64,000 bases of DNA from Octopus vulgaris (GCA_951406725.2 OX597822.1:35898001-35962000); one strand, 5' to 3'. Positions 1 through 13,056 are shown, counted from the stretch's first letter. Notes: a model not told the origin generated them from the letters alone. Program-made: numbers and translations.

Positions 1-68
1 TACAACAAGAGATTAATTAGAAAACTGAATATTTGTCGCCCAAGAAAGAAGTGAAAATTTCATCAATA

Positions 69-380
69 GGCGCCAGTATGGCTGTGTGGGTAAGAAGCTC
101 ACTTTACAACCACATGGTTTTAGGTTCGGTCCCACTGCATGGCATCTTGGGAAAGTGTCTTCTACTATAACCCCGGGCCAACAAATGCTTTGTGAGTAGA
201 TTTGATAGATGGAAACTGTGTGGAAGTTTGTCTTATTTATGTAGATAAGTAGGTGGGCAGGTAGGTAGGTAGGTAGGTGTTTGGCCTACCCACGCCACTT
301 GGCAACCGTTGTTAGTTTGCTTATGTTCCTGTAACTTGCGAGTTCAGCAAAGACGACCGACAGAATAAGAACCACAACTG
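69..380 (+). mobile_element. tRNA-derived SINE family A, diverged copy
   Basis: Head ggcg..tggctgtgtgg-taagaagc with B-box-like ggttcggtccc; body gtgtcttctactata..gtgagtagattt matches the many copies later in the window. Confidence 0.8.
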
Positions 381-587
381 AAAAAACAACCCTAAACCCC
401 TCAGGAATACCAGAAGGCTGCTCTCGTAATCAGTACAGCTGAGTAGATTGAGGCAACATGAAATGAAGGGCCTTGCTCAACGACAATGTGATCCATGACC
501 GGGACTCGGTTTCCACAGCCTTATGATCACGAACTGAACATTCTAACCCAGAGTTTCTCAACCTTTTCTTACAAACAGATGCAGGCA

Positions 588-840
588 CGGAAAATTCACA
601 AGATCCGATTTTTCCGTCATAACTTCCAGTAAGATGCATCTATATTCATCTTTTTTACGGAATCACACGATTTTGGTTATGGAGGATCCGATTCTGAAAA
701 AAAAAATTCCAAAAAATCGCATTTTCAAAATTTTAATACCCACCTACTTTACCCCACCCTCCTTATTATTCACTTTACCCGGAATTTTTTTTTTTTGCGA
801 AATACGTAGAAAAATACGAAGATTAAGATTCTGAAAAAAA
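588..840 (+). repeat. ~250-bp dispersed repeat, left member of an inverted pair
   Basis: cggaaaattcacaagatccgatttttccgtcataacttcc...cgaaatacgtagaaaaatacgaagatt is the diverged reverse complement of 1997-2268; the ORF track shows near-identical peptides on opposite strands. Confidence 0.85.
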
Positions 841-1263
841 ATGGTGTGTAAAATACACCCTCAGGTCTTTTACTAGAACGCATACAAAAACAGACAGAAC
901 AACCGTTCATTTTCACATTTAGACAGCGGGATGACGGGGAGGATTTTGGGTCGGAGTCTTTCCTAAAAAATTTGAAATTAAAATTTGAATTTGTGTTTAT
1001 TTTTTCCATATTCTTAACCTCTGTATTTTCCCACGTAGATTAATGGAAAAAAATTCGATATAAGTTTGAAAAAATTAAAAACCACTTTAATTTCACATGA
1101 ATACTTTGTCATATTACCGCGGGAAATTACTCTGAAAGAAATCTTTGCAGAAAGGTGAATAGATTGAATGTATTATGTTATCGCAGTTTTGTGGGATTTG
1201 GCTGTTGTTTCTAGCATGTGGATAGCCCGCTTGAAGGCCTAAGGTTATATATATATATATATA

Positions 1264-1910
1264 TATCTATACAATATGTTACATTACTCGGTAGTCAAGA
1301 TAAAACTCTGAGTTTCAGATGCCGAAGTGGAAATCCACAACACCATCTCTTCGGTTATCTGGCTATTTGAAAACGTTATGAAAAATACCGTTAAAAATGA
1401 AGGGAAATTACTCTGTTATAACTCTGCTTTGCCTGCGTACTTATACATCGCTCGCATTTTTCGTCATAAAAATTATATAAAAATACATAAAAATATATAA
1501 AAATATATAAAAATATATAAAATCTTCTTGGGACATAACACAGAAAGCATGTTCTATCCGTTTTCTTTAGGGGACCAAAATTTCTGTTACGTTTTTGGTC
1601 CCCTAAAGAAAACGGATAGAACATGCTTTCTGTGTTATGTCCCAAGAAGATTTTATATATTTTTATATATTTTTATATATTTTTATGTATTTTTATATAA
1701 TTTTTATGACGAAAAATGCGAGCGATGTATAAGTACGCAGGCAAAGCAGAGTTATAACAGAGTAATTTCCCTTCATTTTTAACGGTATTTTTTCATAACG
1801 TTTTCAAATAGCCAGATAACCGAAGAGATGGTGTTGTGGATTTCCACTTCGGCATCTGAAACTCAGAGTTTTATCTTGACTACCGAGTAATGTAACATAT
1901 TGTATAGATA
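1264..1910. repeat. 647-bp near-perfect palindrome (arms 1264-1580 and 1593-1910, 12-bp spacer)
   Basis: Arms are exact reverse complements by eye except one A5/T6 indel; the spacer is tttctgttacgt; mirror ORFs 1391-1645(-) and 1528-1782(+) confirm the symmetry. Confidence 0.97.
1814..1876 (+). ncRNA. Type I hammerhead-ribozyme-like motif (variant core); mirror copy on - strand in the left arm
   Basis: agataa / CCGAAGA / gatg...catc / t / GAAA / ctc-a-gag / TT / ttatct: stem I agataa:ttatct, stem II, near-palindromic stem III, GUU triplet. Deviations are U4C and one extra T before GAAA. Confidence 0.4.
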
Positions 1911-1996
1911 AATTTCCTCTATTTACATAATATTGAGGTCTCTTTCTTTCTTTTGTTATCTTACCGTTTTATCAATATTGAAATTTTACAAACCAG

Positions 1997-2268
1997 ATTT
2001 TTTTCAGAATCGTAATCTTCGTATTTTTCTACGTATTTCGCAAAAAAAGAACAAAAGAAAAAAATTCCGGGAAAAGTGAAAAATAAGGAAGGGAGGGTGA
2101 AGGGGTGTGAAGTGGGGTATTGACATTTTGAAAATGCGATTTTTTGAAAAAGATTTTTCAGAATTGGATCCTCCATAACCAAAAACGTGGGATTCCGAAA
2201 AAACAAAACAATATATATCCATTTTACCGGAAGTTATGACGGAAAAATCGGATCTTGTGAATTATCCG
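1997..2268 (-). repeat. ~270-bp dispersed repeat, right member of the inverted pair
   Basis: Diverged reverse complement of 588-840, ending ggaagttatgacggaaaaatcggatcttgtgaattatccg. Confidence 0.85.
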
Positions 2269-2727
2269 AAAGTCCCCTCCCCACCCCCAGGGTCGTCAGC
2301 GCGCATTTTTTTTTCATTTCATATTCGTTTTCCACATACTTATTAACACCTCCCAAGCCGGTTAATTTTTGTTTTTGTTCCCGTGTGAGGATCTTTATAT
2401 TGACAGCTTTCTCCTACTCAGAAGGCTTTTGTCAGCTGGGCCCCTTCTATGTTATGCAGTGGGAATGAACCCGAAACTATATGGTTGGGAGGCAAACTTC
2501 CTACCACACAGCCACGCCTCATCATCGCCGTTAAATTTTACAGACACGTGCATTATTACTATGCTTCTCAAACGATATCTACAAAACCGTATTTGCAGGG
2601 GTCTCCATATCAGACTATTACCCGTTCCCGTCATCGCATTATTTATTCATAAAGTTAATTAATTGTAACCTTGATGGGTTAATTCAATGTTTTCCAAGGT
2701 TATTTTTTTTTTTGTGGAACCTTTAAA

Positions 2728-3141
2728 AGATCTTTTCGGTTTGAACGCCAGTTTTTAACATAATTTCTAGGTAATTAAAAAATTTTGAACTTCGTATACT
2801 GGTAGAATGTGTTTATAAAACATCTTTTTCTCTTGGCTTTTATAGAGAAAATTCTATAGTTTGTAAGATATTTGTTGTTTTTTTCTTCAATTTCTGCAAT
2901 TTCAATCAATCACTGACGTCTATTGAGGTAAAAAAAAACATTCTGTGCCGTATGAATATGTCCCTCGTTTAAGAAACAGATTGGGTTTATTTACATTTGT
3001 GAAGAAAAAAAGATACCCTTCCCCCCACCCTAACCCTAAAACAGATTGAAATGCAATAGATCGATACTAGGGTCATAATTATGGGTGACAATTTCATATG
3101 ACACCGCTAGAAAAAAACTGCCGTTCAAACTGAAAAAATCC
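2728..3141 (+). mobile_element. Merlin-like non-autonomous DNA transposon (MITE), diverged copy
   Basis: TIRs (a)gatcttttcggtttgaacg / ccgttcaaactgaaaaaatcc; interior colinear with 12641-13056; TSD not recognisable. Confidence 0.8.
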
Positions 3142-5126
3142 CAAATCTACGTTTTGCGGTCACCCTTACCACAGCTTTAATTTTATTAAACCATTAAACA
3201 GAATAAAAGTAATTATGGTGAAGGAAATTATTCAACTTATTTTGAAATAGTGAATACCATTCTCTTTCCTTTATAAACTTTCATTAAATTTTATTACAGG
3301 AACTCTGTCTTATCGAAATTCAGATTTTTTTAAAAAAGAAAATACAAGAGATTCTCAGAACACCCTATAGAAAATATTGCATGAACCTATTTTAAGCTTT
3401 TGATTTTGAGTCGTCTCCTCGATAATAGATGCAATGCTCATAATTTTAAGTCTATTAACACTTCGTTATTTATTTTTCTGGATAAAATGTCACTATATTT
3501 CAAGTAACGTTCTGAAATGTTCTTGACAGCTAAGTAAATTGAGGCGTGTATAGTTATGTCCACAGGCGAAAAATTAACTTATCCTGAAAAAACATCCGTG
3601 GGGGGAAATTTCATTGAAATTATGAAATTCTGTAAAAGGATTGGGTTTTGAAGTTTGGGTAAATTTTGGGAAGTACACCCGCATGAGTTTCACCAAGAAA
3701 AAACCCTCGGATTTTTGCGTGGAATCAAATACCCTGACCTCCTAATGTGCCGCGTTCGGAAAAAAAGGTGTGGGGAATCAGACCCACCCATCCCATCCCG
3801 GAATCATTGGAATTTTTTTTTTTTTCGTTGAATGAATTACGGTGACCTCCTATGTCACAAAACACTTTTTTGGGGACTGGAAAATGGGTGGAGTGGGGTA
3901 GAATCCTCGGAAATTTCACCCCTCCCCTTCCCGGAATCATTAGAAAATAAAAATTATTATTATAATAGCATTTGTTTTAATGTTAACATTGAAAAAAATC
4001 CATATCTTTCATTAAAAAATTTGGACTTGGGTTCTCACCCCGTTAGCAAATTTTGTTGCTGGGCCACTGGTCATAAGGTGACGAATAAGCAAGCTTGTTA
4101 GAGCGTCGGATAGACATACTTTACGATAATGGTTCCAACTCTCTGTCATCTAAGTTCAAATACAGCCGAAGTCAACTTAGCCTTTTATCTTTTCACGGAG
4201 ATAAATAAAGAACCAGCCCTGAACTAGAGTCGATTATTCTCTTTCTCTCGCTTTTTTTCCCAGTCAGTCTGTCTCCTTTCTGTAAGAAATCGGTTGTGAT
4301 CAGGCGAGAAGGCTTGATTTCATCAAGGTGTTGAGGGCCTAAAGTCAAGGCAATTTAATTCTATGTCATAAATTTACTTAGATATGAAAACTTGTTCTAT
4401 AAAAACTTTAAACCAACTTATTTCGAGAAGCGGGAAGCATGAAGCATGGATCATCATTAGCACTATTAAAAAAAATTCAATGTAATTTTTCATTAAGCGT
4501 GCCATGAATAATTTCCTGCTTTTTACCTATGACTGTTCGACTATAAACTTGGAAATTTTACCATTTATCGTTCCTTTTCCAGAGGATGATAAAAACGTAA
4601 AATATAAAACTAATAAAGGGAAACAACTTCGACTGGCTTACTGGAAGCTTTACAGCATCTTTTCCTCTTCATTTTTAAAACAATATTCTGTTACTTGTTT
4701 TATTTAATAAACCCTTTCATCACCAACACATGTGTGTGAAAATGTAGATATTTAAATACAAATTTTAGACTGTAAGAAATCTCATTATTATAGGAAATGT
4801 GGAATTAAATATTTTGTCATTTATTTAGTTTTCTCACTAAACCTCATTTTTGTTGGTTGTTCCCCTTCGAATGCGTTTTTTTTTCTATTTGTTACCGTAA
4901 GAGGAATGAAGAATTAAGAGGGTAGATGAAGACTTTTTTGTTTAGAGATTAAACAATTTTGGATCTTTTAAGAAAAAATTGTGCTCATGAAAAAATTCGT
5001 ATGCTGTAAGAATTGAATAAACTTCCGAGAGAAAGTGAGACAATACTTTCTTTTTGGTGGTGGGAGGGAATTGTTGATCTGGAAGAACGCAAAAAGAACA
5101 AATAATTGCATGTATATATGTGGCCT

Positions 5127-5316
5127 GGATCTTTTCCTTTTGAACGGCAGTTTTCAACACAATTTCTAGTTAACTAATCACTTTTAAACTTCGTATACTG
5201 GTAGAATGTGTCAAAATAAAACATTTTTTTTCTCTCTTGGCTTTCTTGAGAAAATTGTAATTTGTATGTTTAACGTAGTTTAATTTTTCGAACTGCCGTT
5301 CAAAAGGAAAAGATCC
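5127..5316 (+). mobile_element. Merlin-like MITE, short subfamily, 8-bp TSD
   Basis: Perfect TIRs ggatcttttccttttgaacggcagtt / aactgccgttcaaaaggaaaagatcc; direct repeat tgtggcct at 5119-5126 and 5317-5324. Confidence 0.88.
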
Positions 5317-5432
5317 TGTGGCCTTCGAGATTTCCTATTAAAAAAAAAACATAATTACATAAATACATAGTTATATTTCAACTGTTATATATTCTCTGCT
5401 GAATGAATGCTCAGCGGCAGATGATGAGCAGC

Positions 5433-5450
5433 ACTTCCGGTTGTATATAA
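5433..5450 (+). promoter_or_regulatory. Candidate core promoter: ETS-type site plus TATA-like box
   Basis: acttccgg (reverse CCGGAAGT) at 5433-5440 is followed closely by tatataa at 5444-5450, in a CpG-rich unique patch; possible donor ccg|gtagat at 5589/5590. Confidence 0.35.
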
Positions 5451-5769
5451 CTCCTAAGCATGGCTGATGCTGGTTGGTGATCGTCGAGCAAGCGGCGTAA
5501 ATTAAAACATGTTCGACAAATTGACATGGATTAATTCTCCTCGCAGTCTGCTGATTTAAAATTCACGTTGGCAAAGCACAGCAGGTCCGGTAGATAGAAA
5601 AGTTTATTATTGATTTTTTTTTCTTTTTTTTTTGCTTCGTCTCTCTTTGTATCAAAAAGAAAATATATTTTAATGTTATTTGTATTGGGAATATTAAAAA
5701 CAAATATTTAGAGCCCTGTGTTTCTATATGTATGTAAACAGACCTCTAATATTTATGTATATATATTTA

Positions 5770-5902
5770 TATATTAGAAGAAATGAGGTACTCAGAAAAT
5801 CAGATGGTTTATATTTATTTGTATATTACATTTTTATACATCATATAAATCATGTAAATATAAACCATCCGATTTTCTGAGTACCTCATTTCTTCTAATA
5901 TA
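5770..5902. repeat. Hairpin/MITE-like inverted repeat, ~48-bp arms
   Basis: tatattagaagaaatgaggtactcagaaaatcagatggtttatattta pairs with taaatataaaccatccgattttctgagtacctcatttcttctaatata (1 mismatch). Confidence 0.9.
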
Positions 5903-6864
5903 AAATACCTGTACATCATCTCCAAACCTTCCAATATATATATGCAAACTTAGTTTATATGACATACACATTATATTAATGCGTCAGTTGTACCGATATG
6001 TACATCGCTGGTTTGATTTATCTATCTTTCTATCCATTTTTTTATATATGATGTTATAAAAATTTGATGCAATTTCAAACATCAAATTTCTTTAATGTGC
6101 ATTAACTCTATTCCTCAAACTTTCTTAATATATTCTTTTAACATTCTCTCTGTATCCATATATATATATCATATATCTGTGTGTGTGTACTACGCACGCA
6201 CACGTTTTTTCGTTTAACAGACGAAAGTATATTTATTTCTTGCAAGCTGATGATTCATTCAGTTCATTGCGACTGAGAGTTTCTTGGTATGTGCTATCAT
6301 TTAGCTATCAAGCCACCAAAAAGTTTTTTTTTTTTTTTTGGTCATTACAAGTATCGTTCATAACACATAACAAAAAAAACTGAGTTGTAAGCTACAGAGC
6401 GAATCATAATTTTCGAACGAATAAACAAACGCGTATTGAAAGCTTCATCCCTTCTCCGTTTGTATATATATACCAAAACGTTTATATACAAATATTGCCA
6501 TGTAATTTGGGTTTCTTTGAATCTTAAACTTTATCTGCTGTTCTCCTTTATTTACCATAACCGAACTTTTTTTTTGATGTTCAGTTAACCAGAAACAACC
6601 CACACATTAAAAAATCTATGTTCCAAAGTAGTTTATCAAACTCAAAACGATGATTCATGAGAGAATCAAAATTGTTAATTATTTTACCATGATTTTATTT
6701 ATGCTTACTCCTTTCTAACTGTCGAATTAAAAAAACAAAAACGTTCTCTCCTTAGTTTTCTGTATTTTTTAAATTCTATGTAAAAGTAAATTTACTTGTC
6801 GGTATATATAATAAATATCTATGATTGTATGTGTTTATCCTCTAAATATAATTAGTTTTTTTTT

Positions 6865-6900
<36 letters not shown>

Positions 6901-7631
6901 GTGTGTGTGTATATATATATATACATACATACACACAGATGCAGACAAACACGATTAGGTTATATATATAAAACCTAATTGTTTTTCTGCACCTCTCTCA
7001 ATACATATATATATATCTTATAATTAAGGGCTAAAGAAGGATATTCTATAGAAAGGGACTTCATCCTATAGTGTTAGTAGTATATATATATTATATTTGT
7101 TGTTGACCCCATCTCAATCCTGATCGACCAGACTTAGGATCGAAGACATTTTCGAGATCAGATTTTCAATGTTCCCTTTTTTTAAGAAAGTGGTGTGTGA
7201 TTTGAAAAATATTTGGCTGTTAGCTTTAGCAGGACGAATGACCATGTAGAGGCTCTTTTTGTCTGTTCGTGTACATGTATGTAGTGTTTGGCTTAAGGCA
7301 TTGGTTTTAGGGACTCCACCTGATGTTGGCCCCTAGGCCCACGTCAGGTGCGGTCCTCTGGAGAGTATAAAGTGAAAAGTTATCGAAATGCATCTCTTGG
7401 AGATCTCCCGGTTCTTTTAACCCATAGATGTAAAAACTCTTAATCTAGACCTGTAAATACCGCACGTTATAATTATTTTAATGATGGCGATGATGAAAAC
7501 GTTCATGTTAGTAATTGTTATTTATTTCTGATAATAATTATAATGGATCCTGTTGTCAATACAGTATTGTAACTTTTAGTGATAAGTTTTAAAGTTTCGG
7601 TACTTTTTTTCTTGTTGGTTTTTGCTGTATT

Positions 7632-7980
7632 CTCTTTTACTTGTTCCAGTCATTTGACTGTGACCATGTTGGAGCACCGCTTTTTTAGTCTTACAAATTG
7701 CCTCCAGGACTTATTCTTTGTAAGCCTCGTCCGCGAACCGCTATGTTACGAGGACGTAAACATACCAGCATCGGTTGTCAAGCGATGTTGGAGGGACAAA
7801 CACACACATATATATATATACATACACACGACGGGCTTCCTTCAGTTTCCGTGTACCAAATCCACTGACAAGGCTTTGGTCGGCCCGAATCTATAGTAGA
7901 AGCCATTTACTCAAGGTGCCACGCAGTGGGACTGAACCCGGAACCATGTGGTTTGGAAGCAAGCTCCTTACTACACAGCT
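7632..7980 (-). mobile_element. SINE family A
   Basis: Reverse complement of family consensus (cagtttccg..accaaatccact..ggtgccacgcagtgggactgaacccggaaccatgtgg). Confidence 0.9.
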
Positions 7981-9850
7981 ACCTAACTAGACGTTCTTTC
8001 TCCGTCATAAATTTATATACACACACACCCACACCAAGGTGTGTGTATGTATGTATACTGCTGAAGAAAGGGAGTACTCGGTACTAGAACTAGTGTGGTA
8101 TGTAATTCATCTGAAACTCGGGTTCCACAAATAGTTTCTCCGATGTTACTCGTTGCTGTCCCCTTTGGGAATAAAGATTTACGAAGTTTTGACTTCGTAA
8201 AAATGATATGAAATGAGGTGTCTTTTATATAGTCGCTCGACCTGCAAAATAAATTGCAGCATTCTCACCCCATAAGTTCAGCCTCTGTTCACGCATATTT
8301 ATACTCACCAATGCATTCACGTGGGTAATATGTATTGTATAATTAGGTTATACACACTGTTACTACGTTATAATGTTATTTTCTTTATTCATGATTGTGT
8401 TCGGCCTAGAATTAGTGTTTCGAAATTGCAAGAGTTAATCAACTCCAGTTATTTACTTTTATTTATAATTATTTTAATAACTTACTTGCCGTTTGGGTCT
8501 ACCAGTTGCATTAAGTATGGAGTGAACACGAAAACAAATGGCTTTGCTATATTTATTTATTTATTTATTTATTATTCGTGTTTTTTGTTGTTGCATGAAA
8601 TGCCTGAGATGTCGCAACAGATTCTGCGAGGTGTTCTCTCTCTCTCTCTCTCTCGTTATATAATATTTTCAGTAGGTAACATACGAGCCCCAACAAGTAT
8701 TCACTTGAAAAATTCCTTATAAAAAATGTCCAACTTTTTTTTTCTTTTAATGAATTCCTTCGATCCAAATCTGTTTTGAGAGAAAGAAATCGAATTTATT
8801 ATACGAATAGCTTGGACACTGAGAAAGGGAGAAAGAAAGCGTTGAGCTGAATGCTTTCTTTTCTGTTATCTAATTTGGTGTTTCGTTGTTCTTAATACAA
8901 ATATTCCCAAATTCCATGTTTTCACACTCCGTCTGTCCGTCCCTCCATCCGGCGGTGTATAAATTAAATATATATACCGTTAAGTTTATATAATATTGTA
9001 AGATTCTACCAGGCCAACCCGTGAGCTGAACGGAAAAGTCGTTAATTTGACCTTTATATTAATTTTACTATTGTCTGGTTTTACTGTCTACACGATGATA
9101 ACATTAATACACACATAACACATTTTTTATTACATCATTCCATTACCGTCCCTTTCTTCGAGTGAATAATAATAATAAATAAAGTTACATAAAAAATTCG
9201 AACTTGTCGAAAAGTGAAAAAAAAGACCATTTCTGGTAATTACTGCTTCCTATTGAGAAGTTTTTAATTACTAATTAAATATTATTTTCCAACCTAACTT
9301 GGTTTGCGCGTTGAGTGGGGTTCTGAAATTTCCTTCGCAGCCATTTCATTCGGTTCCCTTTCTCTCCAATTGCCTACAATTTCAAGCTGGGGCATGTTGT
9401 AAAGGGAATACATGATTATGATCATTAGTTTTAGTGTCTTAACTCTTATCACACACAGTGTTAGATTATTAACCCAACAGCACGAAGAGCATACGCCAAG
9501 GGTTTCGCATTTTCGGGGTCTGCGCTAAATGCTTTATTAATGTATTTTTGTACTTCTTTTAATTTTCACGAGTGGCTGGGTGTTTAAGGTTGATCAATGA
9601 ACTTTACATTTAAACCAATTATTTTGCTTAAGATGAATGCCCACAGTGAATGGGTTGACTTCACTTTTGTCGGATGCTAATTAAGAACAAGACTTGCCGT
9701 TCAACTTTCTTTTTCGATGCATTAAAATCGTCACACAATATAATTTTTCGTTCATATTAAGATCTGCTGAACGAATCGCAGTGTATCTATAAACAGCGTT
9801 AATATTAATCACCACTACCACACTCGTTAAAACAAATCGGGGTGTTTAAG

Positions 9851-9859
9851 CAGGTAAGA
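9851..9859 (+). promoter_or_regulatory. Strong 5' splice donor (end of a candidate non-coding 5' exon)
   Basis: aagCAG|GTAAGA at 9853/9854 in unique CpG-retaining sequence; the exon start cannot be determined. Confidence 0.35.
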
Positions 9860-11165
9860 AATACTTTGTGTGTAGTTTCTTGTAATCATATGTCGTTGAG
9901 TAAAACCTGCTTGCATAAATAAGTTTAAATTAATATAATCACATCTTCAACGCCAGACCACAAAACCAATTCACATTATATTATAAGGTGTTGTACCATG
10001 AGAAAATATTTAAAGTTTTGTGCATCTGTTGCTTAAGTAACAGTCCTATATGTATTTGGGTGTTAGCGTACATAAATTAACCATGTCGTCTTCTACGGGT
10101 AATAATCTAAACATCTCAACGTCGACTAGCAAGTAAATATCAAGTTTTATTTAAATTAATTGTTTCTAATTTGGGCACCATTGCAGCAGTTTTGAGAGTA
10201 GGTAAGTACTGGTGTTAGTATTATCGAGTCCTGTACTTGACTGTTACTTTATTTTATCTACTCTGGCGAGAATCGAACTCAGAATGTAAAGGCTTTAGGT
10301 AAAATTATAACGGCACGTTATTTATACACAGAGAAACTGAGAGGAAGTGAATTAAAATTTACAAAATGTCACTATTAAGAGATAAGTGATGTGACTTCAT
10401 TGTAAACTTTTTATGTCAAGAGAGAAGGCAATGCCCATGACCCGTTAGAGCTTGCGAGACTGGTAGAAGGGGTGGGGTCTAATTCTGCAGCAAAGTGGAC
10501 TCCGCTTTAAAGCATACAAGATGCTATGTGGTGTTAAACCGAGCGAGGGATTAAGTCTGCCACAGCACGCAAAAGATCCGGATCAAATACCGCAATGCAT
10601 CAAGTGGACGTTCTTACACCTCTCTAAATTGGTGCCTTTTTTTTTTTAATGCCTCCCTCCCACCTTCACCGAAAAGATGAAAGGTAACCTCTACAGGATT
10701 TGAACACAGTGCAGACAGTGAGAAAACGCCAAGTATTTTATCCGACACTTCAACGAGTCTGTCAACAAGCTGCCCCAAAGTTAAATAAAATATTGTTACA
10801 CAAGGTTCAACAGTATTTTTGATTGAACCTTTAGTCATTGAGTACTTAAGTCTAATTGACTCTTTGATTAAGCTTCTGCCTGCTCAAAGCATTTTCACAA
10901 GTTCGTCATGCATGTTGTCAGACTTCTAGTTAAGCCTTTGCTTCGTACATTCTTAAAATAAATCTTTCCATTCATAAGTCCCAAATTACTCTGGTGGTTG
11001 GAAAAAAATTGGAAATTTGTATCCTATGATGGACGGACACAAGGAAATATGTCCTGTTTATTACATGTGATACATAGGACATGGCAAAGAGTGGTCGGCG
11101 AACCCTGATAAATTACCCGAAGTGGGGTAGAAATGAAATTCTTGGAGTTAACGAGGACTCATTAG

Positions 11166-11540
11166 ACTCTTTACTCTTTTACATGTTTCAGTCATTTGAC
11201 TGCGCCCGTGCTGGAGCACCGCCTTTAGTCGAGCAAATCGACCCCCAGGATTTATTCTTTGGAAGCCTAGTACTTATTCTATCGGTCTGCTTTGCCGAAC
11301 CGCTAAGTTACGGGGACGTAAACACACCAGCATCGGTTGTCAAGCGATGTTGGGGGGACAAGCATACATATATATATATATATACGACGAGCTTCTTTCA
11401 GTTTCCGTCCACCAAATCCACTCACAAGGCTTTGGTCGGCCCGAGGCTATAGTAGAAGACACTTGCCCAAGGTGCCACGCAGTGGGACTGAACCCGGAAC
11501 CATGTGGTTTGTAAGCAAGCTACTTAGCAAACAGCCACTC
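11166..11540 (-). mobile_element. SINE family A, near full-length, CpG-intact
   Basis: Full tail (ctcttttac) to head (acagccactc), close to consensus. Confidence 0.92.
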
Positions 11541-12640
11541 AAGTGAAATTATATAATAAAACGTGTCCTATCAATAAACCTTTTGAACTCAAAGAATCTG
11601 TGACCCCCCCCTTTCAAATCAAGACGGTAACGTCAGCGTTAATAAATATATTTTGGGGTAATTAGTTAAAAAAAGTTCCCCAACCCCTTGGTTAAAAAGA
11701 AAAACTTAAACGATGACTTTCATTCTAAGTTATACAACGATTGACTTCTCTTTTCCTTGCTCTATATATGTTTTGTGTTTGTGTATGTGTGTATGTATTT
11801 ACGGTAGTTTTAAATTGAATTGGCCATAAACCGTTAGAGGTGCCAACATTGCTAACAAAATGAGTCTTTCTTAATTACACGTTTTGTGTTTCCGTTATAA
11901 GGTCCCGTAAGAAATAAGGAATGAATCAATGTTTATAGTATTGTGCGCTAGGTAATTTTCAGTTCTGTTACCACCGTCGCCGCCGCCTTACATATTAAAT
12001 GCGTTGTGGGAAAGAAAAAGAAAAGAAAGAAAAGGCTAACGTTCTTGAAGACACGAAGTTTTATAATAGAAACAAACCGTCTACCTAACTGCTTTTGTTG
12101 TTCTCAGTCTGACATGAAACCTCCAGAATTTAGAAATATCTTGAGTGTGTGTGAGTGTGGCAAATTTTTTGTATTATGGCTTTTTCGGGAGGCGTAATAT
12201 AGATTGGTTTAATTCGTTGACTCTTTTATCTTCTCCATGTATGGAACCAACAAATTAAGCCTCTACGGAACCACACTATCTGCTAGAAATAACAGCCAAA
12301 TTCTCTCTCTAATTTATACCATTCTGATTTGAGTAAAGATAAGTAACAATGACGAATGTAGTCGGAGATATATCTACAAAAAAAAAAAAAAAACTCAAGA
12401 AAAAACCCGATAGGTTGGTCATGTCTGGACGCCTTTCAGCACGGGTCTGCTTGAATGTTGTCTATCCTAAGGCTAAACAACAATTGTGGCGTTATTGTTG
12501 CCGATGTTAAGCCCCAGGTCAGTCATGGTTTGAGCTGGCACATGATAAAAAGCGTTCCAGATATGATCATACTGTCTTATAAATAAACTTTTTTATTTTC
12601 CATAATTTAGCTGGTTTCAGGTTGCAAATTAGCAGAATTG

Positions 12641-13056
12641 GGATCTTTTCGGTTTGACCGGCAGTTTTTTAAAATAATTTTCACGTAATTAAACACTTTT
12701 AAACTTCGTATACTAGTAGAATGTGTTTATAAAACATCTTTTTCTCTTGGTTTTATTGAGAAAATTCTATAGTTTGTAAGATATTTGTTGTTTATTTTCT
12801 TCAATTTCTGCGATTTCAACCAATCAATGACGTCTATTGAGGTGAAAATATTCTGTGCCGTATGAATATGTCCCTCGTTTAAGAAACAGATTGGGTTTAT
12901 TTACATTTCTGAAGAAAAAAGATACCCTTCCCCCCACCTCTAACCCTAACCCTAAAACAGATTGAAATGCAATAGATCGATACTAGGGTCATAATTATGG
13001 GTGACAATTTCATATGACACCGCTAGAAAAAACTGCCGTTCAAACCGAAAAGATCC
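12641..13056 (+). mobile_element. Merlin-like MITE, 416 bp, 8-bp TSD
   Basis: TIRs ggatcttttcggtttgaccggcagttttt / aaaaactgccgttcaaaccgaaaagatcc; TSD cagaattg at 12633-12640 and 13057-13064. Confidence 0.9.

Noticed and set aside
1391-1782. Twin 84-aa ORFs on opposite strands
   Set aside because: A by-product of the palindrome; non-ATG starts and low-complexity content.
5412-5475. Box C/D snoRNA-like arrangement (ATGATGA...CTGA with short terminal stem)
   Set aside because: Only ~36 nt between the boxes, no C'/D' boxes and no rRNA guide I can identify; better explained as promoter-proximal sequence.
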